Origin: an uncultured Chroococcidiopsis sp.
Lineage (GTDB): Bacteria > Cyanobacteriota > Cyanobacteriia > Cyanobacteriales > Chroococcidiopsidaceae
Assembly (NCBI GenBank): GCA_964248365.1
Contig: CAXTYC010000013.1
Span: forward strand, 60,235-124,234
Direction: 5' to 3'
DNA: 64,000 nt
Both the position numbers and the translations under genes were made by a program. The stretch's first letter is position 1, and the number at the start of each line of letters is the position of its first letter. The notes below the pieces were generated by a model. That model saw only the letters and a program-made list of their open reading frames with translations, searched no databases and was not told the DNA's origin. This document shows positions 1 to 9,300 of the stretch, piece by piece.

Positions 1-2
1 TA

Positions 3-584
3 CAAGCGCCGACTGAGGTTGAATCTTATCTACTGGCGCAGCATAGTGATGGTCCTGGTACTACCCAGCTAATTCACAATCTCCGACCTAAGCACGTAAT
101 TTTTGTTCACGGTTCTCCTACTTACCTAGCTGATCTCGCCAGTCTAGAGGAGCTACGTAACCGTTATCACCTACATTCTCCTGCTGCTGGCACATTGGTA
201 GAACTTCCGATTGGCGAAGTGTTCTTACAACCAGCAGCGCCAGAAGCTAACTATGAAGGTGAACTGAATGAATTAGAGACGGTAGTAACAATTAGCCTGC
301 CCGATGCAATTACCACCGATCCTCGTTGGCGCTCTTTTGCGGATACAGGTTTGGTGTCAGCTCGTTGGCAAGGAGACGAATTAGTCTTACGCGGTTTGTC
401 GCCACGAGAGCTACTTAATACCAGTAGCGATCGCGATCCTTGGACTGATTTGAACTGCTGCGCTACCTGTAGATTTCAAAGGGGACAGCGCTGCTGGAAC
501 CCTGACTCTCCCCTATTTGGTTTCAAAGTTACCCCTGAAGGTTACTGTCCTGCTTTTGAACCCAAAACTGAACCACCTGATTGA
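3..584 (+). CDS. 3' part of MBL-fold metallo-hydrolase (beta-CASP/RNA-metabolising type) with C-terminal Cys cluster; starts before window
   Basis: Frame is open from base 3: QAPTEVESYLLAQHSDGPGTTQLIHNLRPKHVIFVHGSP (HSD...VHG motifs). It continues into ORF 195..584, which ends with CCATC...C...C. Confidence 0.8.
   Translation, partial: QAPTEVESYLLAQHSDGPGTTQLIHNLRPKHVIFVHGSPTYLADLASLEELRNRYHLHSPAAGTLVELPIGEVFLQPAAPEANYEGELNELETVVTISLPDAITTDPRWRSFADTGLVSARWQGDELVLRGLSPRELLNTSSDRDPWTDLNCCATCRFQRGQRCWNPDSPLFGFKVTPEGYCPAFEPKTEPPD
427..434. repeat. HIP1 octamer GCGATCGC (example; recurs throughout the window)
   Basis: Further examples at 1520 and 1721, and in most genes. Confidence 0.95.
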
Positions 585-693
585 GAGAGCAAAAGGAGGC
601 AAAAGGAAGCAAAAGGAGGCTGGGGTAGTGGTAGCGAATTATAAAGCCACTAACTTCTTTCCCTAGCCCCTGCGCCTTTGCCTCTAGCCCCTC

Positions 694-1005
694 CTAATCG
701 GGATTCGAGTCTGTGTAACGATTACGAATGCGCTCTGCTTCTGGGCAATCGTCAGAAACAAGTGGTTCAACATTACCGCGTGGCACTGAAGCTAGTTTTT
801 GAGTAACAGCACCAATGCTTTCTAGGCGAACCATTTCCTCCCAGGCGCAGATTTCATCTTCTTCTTCTGTTTCATAGCGCAGAGTGACTAAATCGCCTTC
901 TATATCTAGGATACGGGCTCGCTCTATCCAGCGTTGCTGATCCCGCAAAAAGATACATACTTCACGCCCATCGCAACACAGTTGATAAATCTTGCGGTGT
1001 AGCAT
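694..1005 (-). CDS. conserved cyanobacterial hypothetical protein (DUF6679-like)
   Basis: 103-aa ORF MLHRKIYQLCCDGREVCIFLRDQQRWIE, recalled as a conserved cyanobacterial family. Confidence 0.7.
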   Translation of the reverse strand: MLHRKIYQLCCDGREVCIFLRDQQRWIERARILDIEGDLVTLRYETEEEDEICAWEEMVRLESIGAVTQKLASVPRGNVEPLVSDDCPEAERIRNRYTDSNPD

Positions 1006-1624
1006 TTATTGCTTCTACCTTTCTCAACGTATTTAAATCTGTTAATTTTTGGGCTAGAACCCACTTTATCATACCCACTTATATCGCTGGTTAACTCAAC
1101 CATAACAAGATTGTAGTTACACCATCGCTCATGTTTTGCTTATTTTCAGTTTCATTCAAATCCCGTGTCGCTAGCTGTTGGTTAATTTGTTGCATTTGAG
1201 TCTAGGTCAATTGCTGCAAAGAGCTTTTAAGGAAGGTAATGGTTTATCAACAGCACCCCGTGTTTGAATTTTCACCCTAACCTAGCTATTAGTTGCTACC
1301 GACTTTTTTGAATTGCGCTGATTTCAAGGACACTCCTTGATAAGTTTACTTTATCCATCTGTGTGCCTGCTCGAATTGAGTGGCATTGATTTAGAGTCAA
1401 GGGACTCTGTGCGCTTAATCCTATTGTATTATATTTTAACTCATTCTCTTGCCCCTGTTGATCATTTTAAGAGAAAAGCTATGCCTAATTGGGGTAATTT
1501 TGAATGTTTCGCTCATTGTGCGATCGCCCCCCATCTGTGTTAATAAAATAACCGAAAATGCCAAAAGCGGTTAAGTAAAACTAGATTGTGCTTAAAAAAC
1601 CTAATAAAATGATAAAAAATTAAG

Positions 1625-2440
1625 CTACTGGCTACTATGACTATAAAAACGACGAAAATCTTCATCTTTTTGACTTAGCTGTACCCATTCGACTGACAAA
1701 TCTTGGAATTTTGCCACCAAGCGATCGCAAGCAGGGCGTTCGGTAGCATAATGTCCAGCATCAATCAAAATCAGTCCGCGATCGCGGCTTTCTTGAAATT
1801 GATGAAACTTACAATCAGAAGTCAGATAAACTTCAGCCCCCGTCTTTACCACATCTGAAATAAAGCTAGCCCCCGAACCGCCCAAAACTGCTACGCGCTG
1901 AATCGTTTGCTGTAAATCAGCAGTGGGAAAATAAATTAGATCGGGAGGATTGAGCAAAGTTTGAATTTGAGTCAGTAACTCTTGTAGAGTCAAAACTGGG
2001 CTTAAATCACCAACACGACCATATCCGAGTTCTGATGTAGTTGGTACAATTGGCTTTACCTGCTTGAGTTTTAACAGAGTCGCTAGTACGTCAGCTGTGC
2101 CATCGGACACTTGATCGAAGTTGGTATGAGCAGTGTAAACTCCGATTTGGTGGATAAAAGCTAGCCACGTCATTTGGGCGATCGGATTTCCCATGCGAAG
2201 CGATTTAAGCGGACTAAAAATCAGGGGATGATGGGCAAAAATCAGATTAATTCCCATACCTGACTTCTGCAAGGCGATCGCTTCTTGCATCACAGCTAAA
2301 GTAGGAGTCAAACACACTAATACTCGTGCTGGTTGATCCAATACTCCAGGTTCAATCTGCCAACCACAATTATCCCAGCTTTCCTGCATCGCTGGATTTG
2401 CCCAATTTTCAAACCAGTTAATTAAATCGACTATTTTCAT
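1625..2440 (-). CDS. Nif3-like dinuclear metal center protein
   Basis: WDNCG, HHPLIF, HTNFD and DAGHYATE motifs. Confidence 0.93.
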   Translation of the reverse strand: MKIVDLINWFENWANPAMQESWDNCGWQIEPGVLDQPARVLVCLTPTLAVMQEAIALQKSGMGINLIFAHHPLIFSPLKSLRMGNPIAQMTWLAFIHQIGVYTAHTNFDQVSDGTADVLATLLKLKQVKPIVPTTSELGYGRVGDLSPVLTLQELLTQIQTLLNPPDLIYFPTADLQQTIQRVAVLGGSGASFISDVVKTGAEVYLTSDCKFHQFQESRDRGLILIDAGHYATERPACDRLVAKFQDLSVEWVQLSQKDEDFRRFYSHSSQ

Positions 2441-2545
2441 CTTTTTATATCATTTATTTGTTAGTTGGTACAAACGTAGCACTGCTAAGTCTTTCCTGGT
2501 AGTTGGTAGTTGGTAACTGATAACTGATAACTGATAACTGATATA

Positions 2546-2959
2546 TTAATTACCGGAAATGTGAACAACTATTTCTCTGGTATGATTACGCTGGCGGTGT
2601 TCCCATATATAGATTCCCTGCCAAGTTCCCAGCAGCAATTGACCTCTAGCAATGGGGATTTGTTCTGAGGTGTGGGTGAGGGCTGTACGGATGTGAGCTG
2701 GCATATCATCTGCACCTTCAGCATCGTGAATATACTGTGCTGATTCTGGCACTAGTTTTGCCATAAAGTTAGCTAAATCCTTGAGTACATCAGGATCAGC
2801 GTTTTCTTGAATAATTAAACTGGCTGAAGTGTGACGTAAAAATAGGGTACAAAGTCCAACTTCTACGCCAGAATCCGCAACTATTGCCTCAATTTTTGAG
2901 GTAATGTTAGTTAAAGATTTGCCAGTGGTAGGAAATTTGAGTATTTGTTGGTAGGGCAT
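2546..2959 (-). CDS. YjbQ/UPF0047 family (secondary thiamine-phosphate synthase)
   Basis: HTSASL.IQENADPDV, DDMPAH and LGTWQGIY motifs. Start moved to ATG 2959 because the upstream 30 codons are translated STRR. Confidence 0.9.
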   Translation of the reverse strand: MPYQQILKFPTTGKSLTNITSKIEAIVADSGVEVGLCTLFLRHTSASLIIQENADPDVLKDLANFMAKLVPESAQYIHDAEGADDMPAHIRTALTHTSEQIPIARGQLLLGTWQGIYIWEHRQRNHTREIVVHISGN

Positions 2960-3054
2960 AGGTAATAATTGGTAATTGGTAGTTGGTAATTGGTAGTTGG
3001 TGATTCTCCCACTCTCCCCATCTCCCACTCTCCCCTGATTCCCCCTCACCCCTC

Positions 3055-4131
3055 TTAGCTCACCCCTTCCATAACGGCTTGGGCGATCGCTTCATTTCCA
3101 TCTAGGGCTAGGAGTTGAGATTGCTGGGGTGGTTGGGGTGGTTGGTGTAAAAATTCCCATTGGCTTTGGAAAAATTCAGCAGGGGTGAGAATTTGATGTT
3201 GGGCGTAATTAGTAATGCCCTCGATCAGAAAAGCAGCTTCAGCAAAGTCGTCACGAGTCATTGTAACAATTGGCACTCCAACTTTGACGGCTTCGGCAAA
3301 TGTGCCGTAACCAGGTTTAGAAACTACTCTGCCACATAAGGGCATGAAATCTACTGGACGTAATTTTTGGTCGGTGATTTTGATTAAATTGGGCAAATCA
3401 GGGGCGGAAGTATTAAATGTCAGGAATTGCCAATCTGGAAAATGTTGCAGGTTATTGTAAGGAAGTTGTTGTAAACCTAAACCACCAAATGTGAGTAATA
3501 CAGTCTTTTCTGGTGGGGCTGTTATTCCCCAGTTAGATCGTAGCGTGTCCGCTAGGTAGCGAGGTGAACCGCCAGTTAGACCAACGTCGGTAATGTTGGG
3601 AAATGCGCTCATCGGTTCGTGGAAGGGTAGACGAAACAGGCGATCGCACTGACTGTAACAATCACTGATCCAATCAGCAATTTCGAGAAATTCGCCCCCC
3701 CAAGAGCGGTAAACTAAGTCCCAGCCAAAGTTACTAGCTATATAACAGGGAATATTTGCAGATGAAGCTATGGCTGCTGCTAGGGGAGGGACATCAGCCA
3801 AAATGAGATTTACTCGATTTTGACGGATAAAGTTAACTTCAGAGTGGATGAGCGATCGCTGTTGGGCGCGAATAGATTTGAGTTTTTCCAGTGTGGCTTC
3901 TTTATCCATTGTCAAGCTATCTGCTTGCACTACACCAAGATCAAATGCACGAGGGCGATAGATAAAATCTCCTTCGATGTATAACTCTAGTAACCAACGT
4001 GGTGCAGTTGTCACCATTATTAGCAATACTTCGGGACACAATTTTTGAATTGTGGCTGCTACAGATGCGGTACGGGTGGCGTGACCAAAACCGTGATTGG
4101 TGATGGCTATGTATAATATTGGTCTTTCCAT
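3055..4131 (-). CDS. GT-B glycosyltransferase (arabinokinase N-terminal-like)
   Basis: ITNHGFGHATR and VVSKPGYGTFAEA motifs. Start moved to MERPILY; the upstream extension is repeat-derived. Confidence 0.8.
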   Translation of the reverse strand: MERPILYIAITNHGFGHATRTASVAATIQKLCPEVLLIMVTTAPRWLLELYIEGDFIYRPRAFDLGVVQADSLTMDKEATLEKLKSIRAQQRSLIHSEVNFIRQNRVNLILADVPPLAAAIASSANIPCYIASNFGWDLVYRSWGGEFLEIADWISDCYSQCDRLFRLPFHEPMSAFPNITDVGLTGGSPRYLADTLRSNWGITAPPEKTVLLTFGGLGLQQLPYNNLQHFPDWQFLTFNTSAPDLPNLIKITDQKLRPVDFMPLCGRVVSKPGYGTFAEAVKVGVPIVTMTRDDFAEAAFLIEGITNYAQHQILTPAEFFQSQWEFLHQPPQPPQQSQLLALDGNEAIAQAVMEGVS

Positions 4132-4168
4132 TGTGAAGTTGGGATTTTTGATTGTTTCGCGCAAAGAC

Positions 4169-4217
4169 GAGGACACCCAGGTGCGGGGGTTTCCCTCGCC
4201 CACGCAAAGTGTCCGGT
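4169..4217. repeat. 49-nt structured small dispersed element inserted in a (c)gcaaaga/gc repeat
   Basis: Outer stem ggacac/gtgtcc and inner ggg-aaa-ccc hairpin (minus strand). Removing it restores cgcaaagac-gcaaaggcgctaag. Confidence 0.6.
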
Positions 4218-4360
4218 GCAAAGGCGCTAAGAAGCCTCTTGGTAGAGTAGGCGCTAAGAAGAAAAAGTTTGAGTTTTTAACTTCTGCAATGGCTCAATTT
4301 TCATTACTTCGTTGAGCTATGCGTTTGTGTGGGGTAGGATAAAGGCTAAAATTCATACTT

Positions 4361-4398
4361 CCCTAGCCCCTAGCCCCTAGCCCCTAGCCCCTAGCCCC
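4361..4398. repeat. STRR heptamer array (CCCTAGC)n overlapping a stop codon
   Basis: About 5 tandem heptamers visible. Confidence 0.9.
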
Positions 4399-5608
4399 TC
4401 TTTATGTTTTGGCAAAATTGCTCAATTCCTTCAACTAGTTGATCGATCTCTGATGGGAGGGTGAAGTAGTGAACGCAAGCACGAACGCAGTCTGGATCGA
4501 GTAGCGTCCGCGTCATCAAGCCTTGGGCTTCCAAAAATTGCACCAATTTTAGATGAACCTTGTCTGTTGAGGAGGGATTTTTTAGTTGGAATGAAACAAG
4601 TCCGGCTTGGGGGGGAGCAGTTCGTAAACAAATGGTGTCGGATAATTGATTTAAGCGTTGCCAGAGGTAGTGACTTAGTTGACAAATTTGCTGGTAACGT
4701 GCAAGGGAAGTTCCCCATTGTTGATGGGTGGCGATCGCTGCTCGTAATCCCGCATATTGAGAAAAGGCTGATGTTGCTACTTCATACCGTCGTCCATCCG
4801 GTTGCCAGCCTGTGGGTTTACCTGTACTATCTGTGACAACACTACGCCAGCCAATAAAGGTAGGATGTAAACTTGCGATCGCGTGGGGTCGAACATACAA
4901 GCCACCTACTCCAGCAGGACCACACCACCATTTATGACCAGTAAAGGCGTAAAAGTCTACGTCTAATTCGGTCAGATTCAAGGGTAATAAGCCTACAGAT
5001 TGGGCAGCGTCTACTAAAATTTGTAATGGTCTAGAACCTTGATGTTGTCTGCATATCTGCACTATTTCGGCTAAAGGTAAAACTTGCCCTGTGTTCCAGA
5101 GAATATGACTGATCGCTACTAAGCGAGTATTAGATTGTAGGTGCTGGGCTATTACATTAGCTGGATTGCCTTCGTTTAATGTTGCCTTCAATGGGCAAGT
5201 GTCAATTTCTACACCGAATCTGCGCCCAATTTCATGGGCTGTTGCTATAACTCCAGGGTGTTCGCAGTCTGATAGCAGTATGCGATCGCCTGCTTTCCAG
5301 TCAATTCCCCACATAGCTATGTTACAGCCTACAGTTACATCCTCGGTAATGGTAATTGTTTGGGGTGGGGCGAACAGTTCAGTTGCGATCGTAAGTCTTG
5401 TTTGTTCAATTTCCTGGGTGATCCAGGCGTTCACCTCGCTGGAAAATGGACCACGACTTTGAATATATTCCTGGGAGTTGTTGATCGCATCAATTGCTGC
5501 TTGGGGCATTGGTCCTTGCCCCCCATAGTTGAAATATGTTTTATTTGCTAAAGCCGGAAATTGCCGTCTATGTTGTTCTTGGGTTTGTGCCACAAAAATG
5601 CTAGTCAT
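4391..5608 (-). CDS. class V PLP aminotransferase, cystine/cysteine lyase (C-DES-like)
   Basis: YFNYGGQG, VDAAQSVG and FTGHKW PLP-lysine motif. Confidence 0.88.
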   Translation of the reverse strand: MTSIFVAQTQEQHRRQFPALANKTYFNYGGQGPMPQAAIDAINNSQEYIQSRGPFSSEVNAWITQEIEQTRLTIATELFAPPQTITITEDVTVGCNIAMWGIDWKAGDRILLSDCEHPGVIATAHEIGRRFGVEIDTCPLKATLNEGNPANVIAQHLQSNTRLVAISHILWNTGQVLPLAEIVQICRQHQGSRPLQILVDAAQSVGLLPLNLTELDVDFYAFTGHKWWCGPAGVGGLYVRPHAIASLHPTFIGWRSVVTDSTGKPTGWQPDGRRYEVATSAFSQYAGLRAAIATHQQWGTSLARYQQICQLSHYLWQRLNQLSDTICLRTAPPQAGLVSFQLKNPSSTDKVHLKLVQFLEAQGLMTRTLLDPDCVRACVHYFTLPSEIDQLVEGIEQFCQNIKRG

Positions 5609-5680
5609 ACACTGGGAAAGGAGAAAAAATCACTAATTTCGCACAGGGTAACATTATCTTTAACCCTAACCCCAGTTGCT

Positions 5681-5839
5681 ATGAAAACAAAGCTCACTAT
5701 TCGCCTCGCTACTGTTGACGATCAAGACTTTATCATTGGGCTTGTGCCTCACTTTGTTGAGTTTAGTTGCCCTCCAGGGCGAGAACCTATCTTTGGTAAT
5801 AGATGCGATCGCACAGGAAATATATCCAAGTGGCATTAA
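5681..5839 (+). pseudogene. probable truncated GNAT acetyltransferase N-terminus
   Basis: MKTKLTIRLATVDDQDFIIGLVPHFVEF resembles a GNAT start (IR.AT.DD), but the ORF ends after 52 aa with no acetyl-CoA motif. Confidence 0.45.
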
Positions 5840-5984
5840 CTCCAGAAGACTCTGCAATTTTTATCACTCGACTAATTTCGTTCGGTATTTACCCATATAA
5901 TATATATATGTCATCTTGCGAACAGAGCTAGTATTAGCTGTAAATTCTTTTAGTAATCTCTTAGTCACAAGCTAGTACACAATC

Positions 5985-6200
5985 ATGCCTACTATCTCTA
6001 CTAGAGAATCTTCCCAGAAAAAGCTAGATTTGGCTGCTATTCGTACTGAAGCTAAAATCAAACGTATGCGTGCTGGGATTATGCGTGCTAATGCTCTGTT
6101 GATGCGCGCTCAAGCTCAGATTATGCGCGATAAAAATCAGAATCTGCGCGATAAAAATCAGAATCTGCGCGCCGTAGCTCAGGAATGGTTTATTAAATAA
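5985..6200 (+). CDS. small basic hypothetical protein with 7-aa periodicity
   Basis: 71-aa ATG ORF; M/L-R recurs every 7 aa; exact 21-bp tandem duplication at 6124-6171. Confidence 0.5.
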   Translation: MPTISTRESSQKKLDLAAIRTEAKIKRMRAGIMRANALLMRAQAQIMRDKNQNLRDKNQNLRAVAQEWFIK

Positions 6201-6291
6201 TATCCGCCATCAGTTTGTTGTAATTGAGACCAAAGAAAAGGGAAAAGGTAAAAGGTAATTGTCCCCTTGTTCTCACGTGCGCCCCTAGCCC

Positions 6292-7251
6292 CTAGCGCCT
6301 AGCCCCTATTAAATCTTCTGCCAAAGCGACTGCACCCCATAGCGGCGCTTCATCTCCTAGTGCGGCTGGGACTATATCAAAGTGAACTTCAGGTAGTGCG
6401 GTTTCACCAGCTACGCGGCGGATCGTTTGCCAAAAGCGATCGCCAGCTTTGGTCACACTACCACCTAAGATAAACCGCTGGGGGTTGATCAGGTTAGCCA
6501 CATTACCAATAGCCACACCCAGCGCCCAGCCAGCGTTTTCGAGTGCGAGTATTGCTAGTTCATCTCCTTGTTTTGCGGCTTGACTTACTAGCAGACCTGT
6601 GATCAGGTCTGGGTTGTTGTTGCAGAGCGATCGCACAAATGAGCCTTGTTCTGGCTGATTTTGTAACCACTCGCGCACCTGTTGGGCTATATAGGGTCCC
6701 GAAGCCAATCTTTCCACACATCCGCGCTTACCACACAGACACATTGGACCTGCTGGATCGACAACCATGTGTCCGATTTCCCCTGCCATACCTTCTATAC
6801 CCCGCCAAGGGCATCCGTTAAGAATCCAGCCCCCACCTACACCTGTGCTAACAGTAATGTAGAGCAAACTGTCATAACCCATACCCGCCCCGAAGCGATG
6901 CTCACCCAAAGCAGCCACATTCGCATCATTGTCTACACTAGCAGGAGCGCCGAATTCTGCCTCTAGTATTTCGCGCAGTGGGGTACTTTCCCAACCTCTA
7001 ACGTGATGGGAAAGGCGTACTGTCCCCGTAGTTGCGTCTACTGGTCCCCCAAAGCTGACACCAATAGCGGCAGGTTTCCCTGATAAGATCTCATGAGCCT
7101 GGGCGAACATGATTTCTAGGTCAGATTTAGCATCAGCATTGGGGGGCGAAACAGCGCGTCGGTAAGCTAGCCACTGTTTCTCACCTGGAGCCACAATAGC
7201 AGCAGCGTGTTTAGTACCACCAAAATCTAGAGCTAGGTAATGGTTTTGCAT
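6292..7251 (-). CDS. ROK family sugar kinase
   Basis: DFGGTK, DNDANVAALGE and GEIGH...CLCGKRGCVE motifs. Confidence 0.93.
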   Translation of the reverse strand: MQNHYLALDFGGTKHAAAIVAPGEKQWLAYRRAVSPPNADAKSDLEIMFAQAHEILSGKPAAIGVSFGGPVDATTGTVRLSHHVRGWESTPLREILEAEFGAPASVDNDANVAALGEHRFGAGMGYDSLLYITVSTGVGGGWILNGCPWRGIEGMAGEIGHMVVDPAGPMCLCGKRGCVERLASGPYIAQQVREWLQNQPEQGSFVRSLCNNNPDLITGLLVSQAAKQGDELAILALENAGWALGVAIGNVANLINPQRFILGGSVTKAGDRFWQTIRRVAGETALPEVHFDIVPAALGDEAPLWGAVALAEDLIGARR

Positions 7252-7305
7252 TTGGGTTGAAAGTAGGCGAGAGGAAAGAGGCTAAATATTTTCATTGTGA
7301 AGTCA

Positions 7306-7451
7306 AACCCGCCTTGAACTCCTTTTCAAGGCTCACAACTCAAGTCTACTGAAGTAGACTAAAAATCAATTGCAGTCGGATTTATCCGACTTAAGCTATA
7401 AGCCTGTGAATTGATTCGCAGGCGGTTGTTGCAGCTGGTGCAAGATCTGAG
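7306..7451. repeat. four-hairpin REP/MITE-like element
   Basis: Hairpins gccttgaa/ttcaaggc, agtctac/gtagact, agtcgga/tccgact and gcctgtgaa/ttcgcaggc; partial second copy at 7475-7515. Confidence 0.65.
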
Positions 7452-7545
7452 GTGGGAGAACAAACTTTGCAAAACTTAAGCTATAAGCCTGTGAATTGAT
7501 TCACAGCGGTTGTTGCTTTGCAAAATCCGTCCCTACAGAAAAAAT

Positions 7546-8262
7546 TTAAGGAACCAACGCCAGCACTGACACAGGTGAACCGGAACCACTTTGCAAGCGC
7601 AAAATACCAATTACTAACGTTGTACCAGTGGGCGGTAATTGATCTAAATTAGTAAGATTCTCTAGCACGATGCGGGGTTGTTCTAATACCAAACGATTGA
7701 TTGCAAAAGTTTCATCCCCACCTGGATCTACACCATGAGTATCAATTCCTACACCAGCAATTTGGCGTTGAGAAAGTAAGAATTGTGTCGCTTCGATGCC
7801 AAAACCAGGAAAATGTGGTATACCATCAGCATCTAGGTTAAGAAATGCTTTTGTGTCTGACCATTTATCTTGCCAACCTGTAAATAGTATTACGACACTA
7901 TTGGGAGGAATTTGACCGTGTTGTTGCTCCCAATTTAGGATATCGGATAACGCGATCGCATAATCATAATTAGCCCCAGCTTGTTCACGTATATCTATCA
8001 CATTGGCTGGTACAACCAGAGATTCGGCTGGATAAGAGTCAATTCCTATACCAGTAGGATGAAAACTGCTCGGGGCATTCATGTGTGTAGCGCTGTGTTC
8101 GCCTAAAGAAAAACGCCGCAGATAATACCCATCGGTTTCCCGTGACGCAACATTTTCAAATTCCACTGGTGGATCGTTTTGCCATTGGGGGATACTAGGA
8201 GCGATCGCATGACTCAAATGCAGTACCCGCTTAAATATAATTGTCTGCATCTGTCTACTCAT
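7546..8262 (-). CDS. cyclase family protein (kynurenine formamidase-like)
   Basis: EHSATHMNAP (variant of HxGTHxDxPxH), GIDTHGVD and LENLTNL motifs. Confidence 0.88.
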   Translation of the reverse strand: MSRQMQTIIFKRVLHLSHAIAPSIPQWQNDPPVEFENVASRETDGYYLRRFSLGEHSATHMNAPSSFHPTGIGIDSYPAESLVVPANVIDIREQAGANYDYAIALSDILNWEQQHGQIPPNSVVILFTGWQDKWSDTKAFLNLDADGIPHFPGFGIEATQFLLSQRQIAGVGIDTHGVDPGGDETFAINRLVLEQPRIVLENLTNLDQLPPTGTTLVIGILRLQSGSGSPVSVLALVP

Positions 8263-8498
8263 AAGTCCTTAGTGCTAAACTCTGTTGTTTATAGCGGTTA
8301 GCAAGCGCGCTATTAGCTATTAGCTTTTTTCAAGGTTCCTTTAAGCTTGACAACTAACCCTTGTAAACTTGTCCTAATCTTAATGCGTCTTGCTATACCA
8401 AACTGAAAATAGCTCTAATAGCTAATCGCGCTCTCGCTAAGCGCGCGCCAGCTAATTGCGCTCCAGCTATTAGACTGGAATAAGTTTTCTCTATTTGC

Positions 8499-9227
8499 AT
8501 GACCGATTCCCTAAATCAACCCCAAGAAAATACAAACCTTGACGCACAAGATCCACTGGGCGATAGTCCACAATCATCTGTGCCAGATATAACAGCCGCC
8601 AGAGAAAAACCTGCGGCTCCTTTAGCGATGGTAGAAACGGCTTTTCTCGCCAGTACCGCTAGTTTGATTTGGTTTATTAATTTCTACTTTCCCTTGGGAC
8701 CACTGTTGCGGATATTCTTTCCCATCCCGATTGCTCTAGTATACCTGCGCTGGGGTAATCGAGCTGCGTGGATGGCAGCAGGAGTCTGTGGGTTACTGCT
8801 ATCCGTTCTGATGGGACCAATACCCAGCCTGCTGTTTGTATTCCCTTATGCTTTGATGGGAGTAGTGCTAGGCGTTGTGTGGTATCGTCGTTCTCCCTGG
8901 ATTGTTTCGATCAGTTTGGGTACACTGATAGGAACACTTGGGTTCTTTTTTCGGTTTTGGCTGATGTCAATTTGGCTAAGTCGTGACCTTTGGGTGTATA
9001 TGCTCGTCGAAGTGACCGAGTTTGCCGAGTGGATATTTGATAAGCTGGGATGGCTGGCTCAACCAAGTGTGTTGATCATCGAGGTGATCGCTCTGGGAAT
9101 GGTTATACTCAGCAATTTGGTCTACTTATTTGTCGTCCACCTGGTAGCTTGGTTACTACTAGACCGTCTAGGTAACCCAATTCCCCGCCCCCCTCACTGG
9201 GTACAAGTCCTCATGGACTACGAGTAA
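8499..9227 (+). CDS. DUF2232 family membrane protein
   Basis: Multi-TM; VETAFLAST and RLGNPIPRPP.W typical of the cyanobacterial family upstream of cobT. Confidence 0.8.
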   Translation: MTDSLNQPQENTNLDAQDPLGDSPQSSVPDITAAREKPAAPLAMVETAFLASTASLIWFINFYFPLGPLLRIFFPIPIALVYLRWGNRAAWMAAGVCGLLLSVLMGPIPSLLFVFPYALMGVVLGVVWYRRSPWIVSISLGTLIGTLGFFFRFWLMSIWLSRDLWVYMLVEVTEFAEWIFDKLGWLAQPSVLIIEVIALGMVILSNLVYLFVVHLVAWLLLDRLGNPIPRPPHWVQVLMDYE

Positions 9228-9300
9228 TTAGTTATGTAGAAACAGGAAATTTCGTGTTTCTACAAATCCAAAATCTAAAATCTATGGTCTCCAAAATCGG

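Noticed and set aside
2960..3049. N-terminal extension of YjbQ (and 4132-4221 of the glycosyltransferase)
   Set aside because: These are translated repeats upstream of well-placed ATG starts.
8263..8498. Cobalamin riboswitch upstream of DUF2232-cobT
   Set aside because: No B12-box was recognised; the region holds degenerate (gctaata)n repeats.
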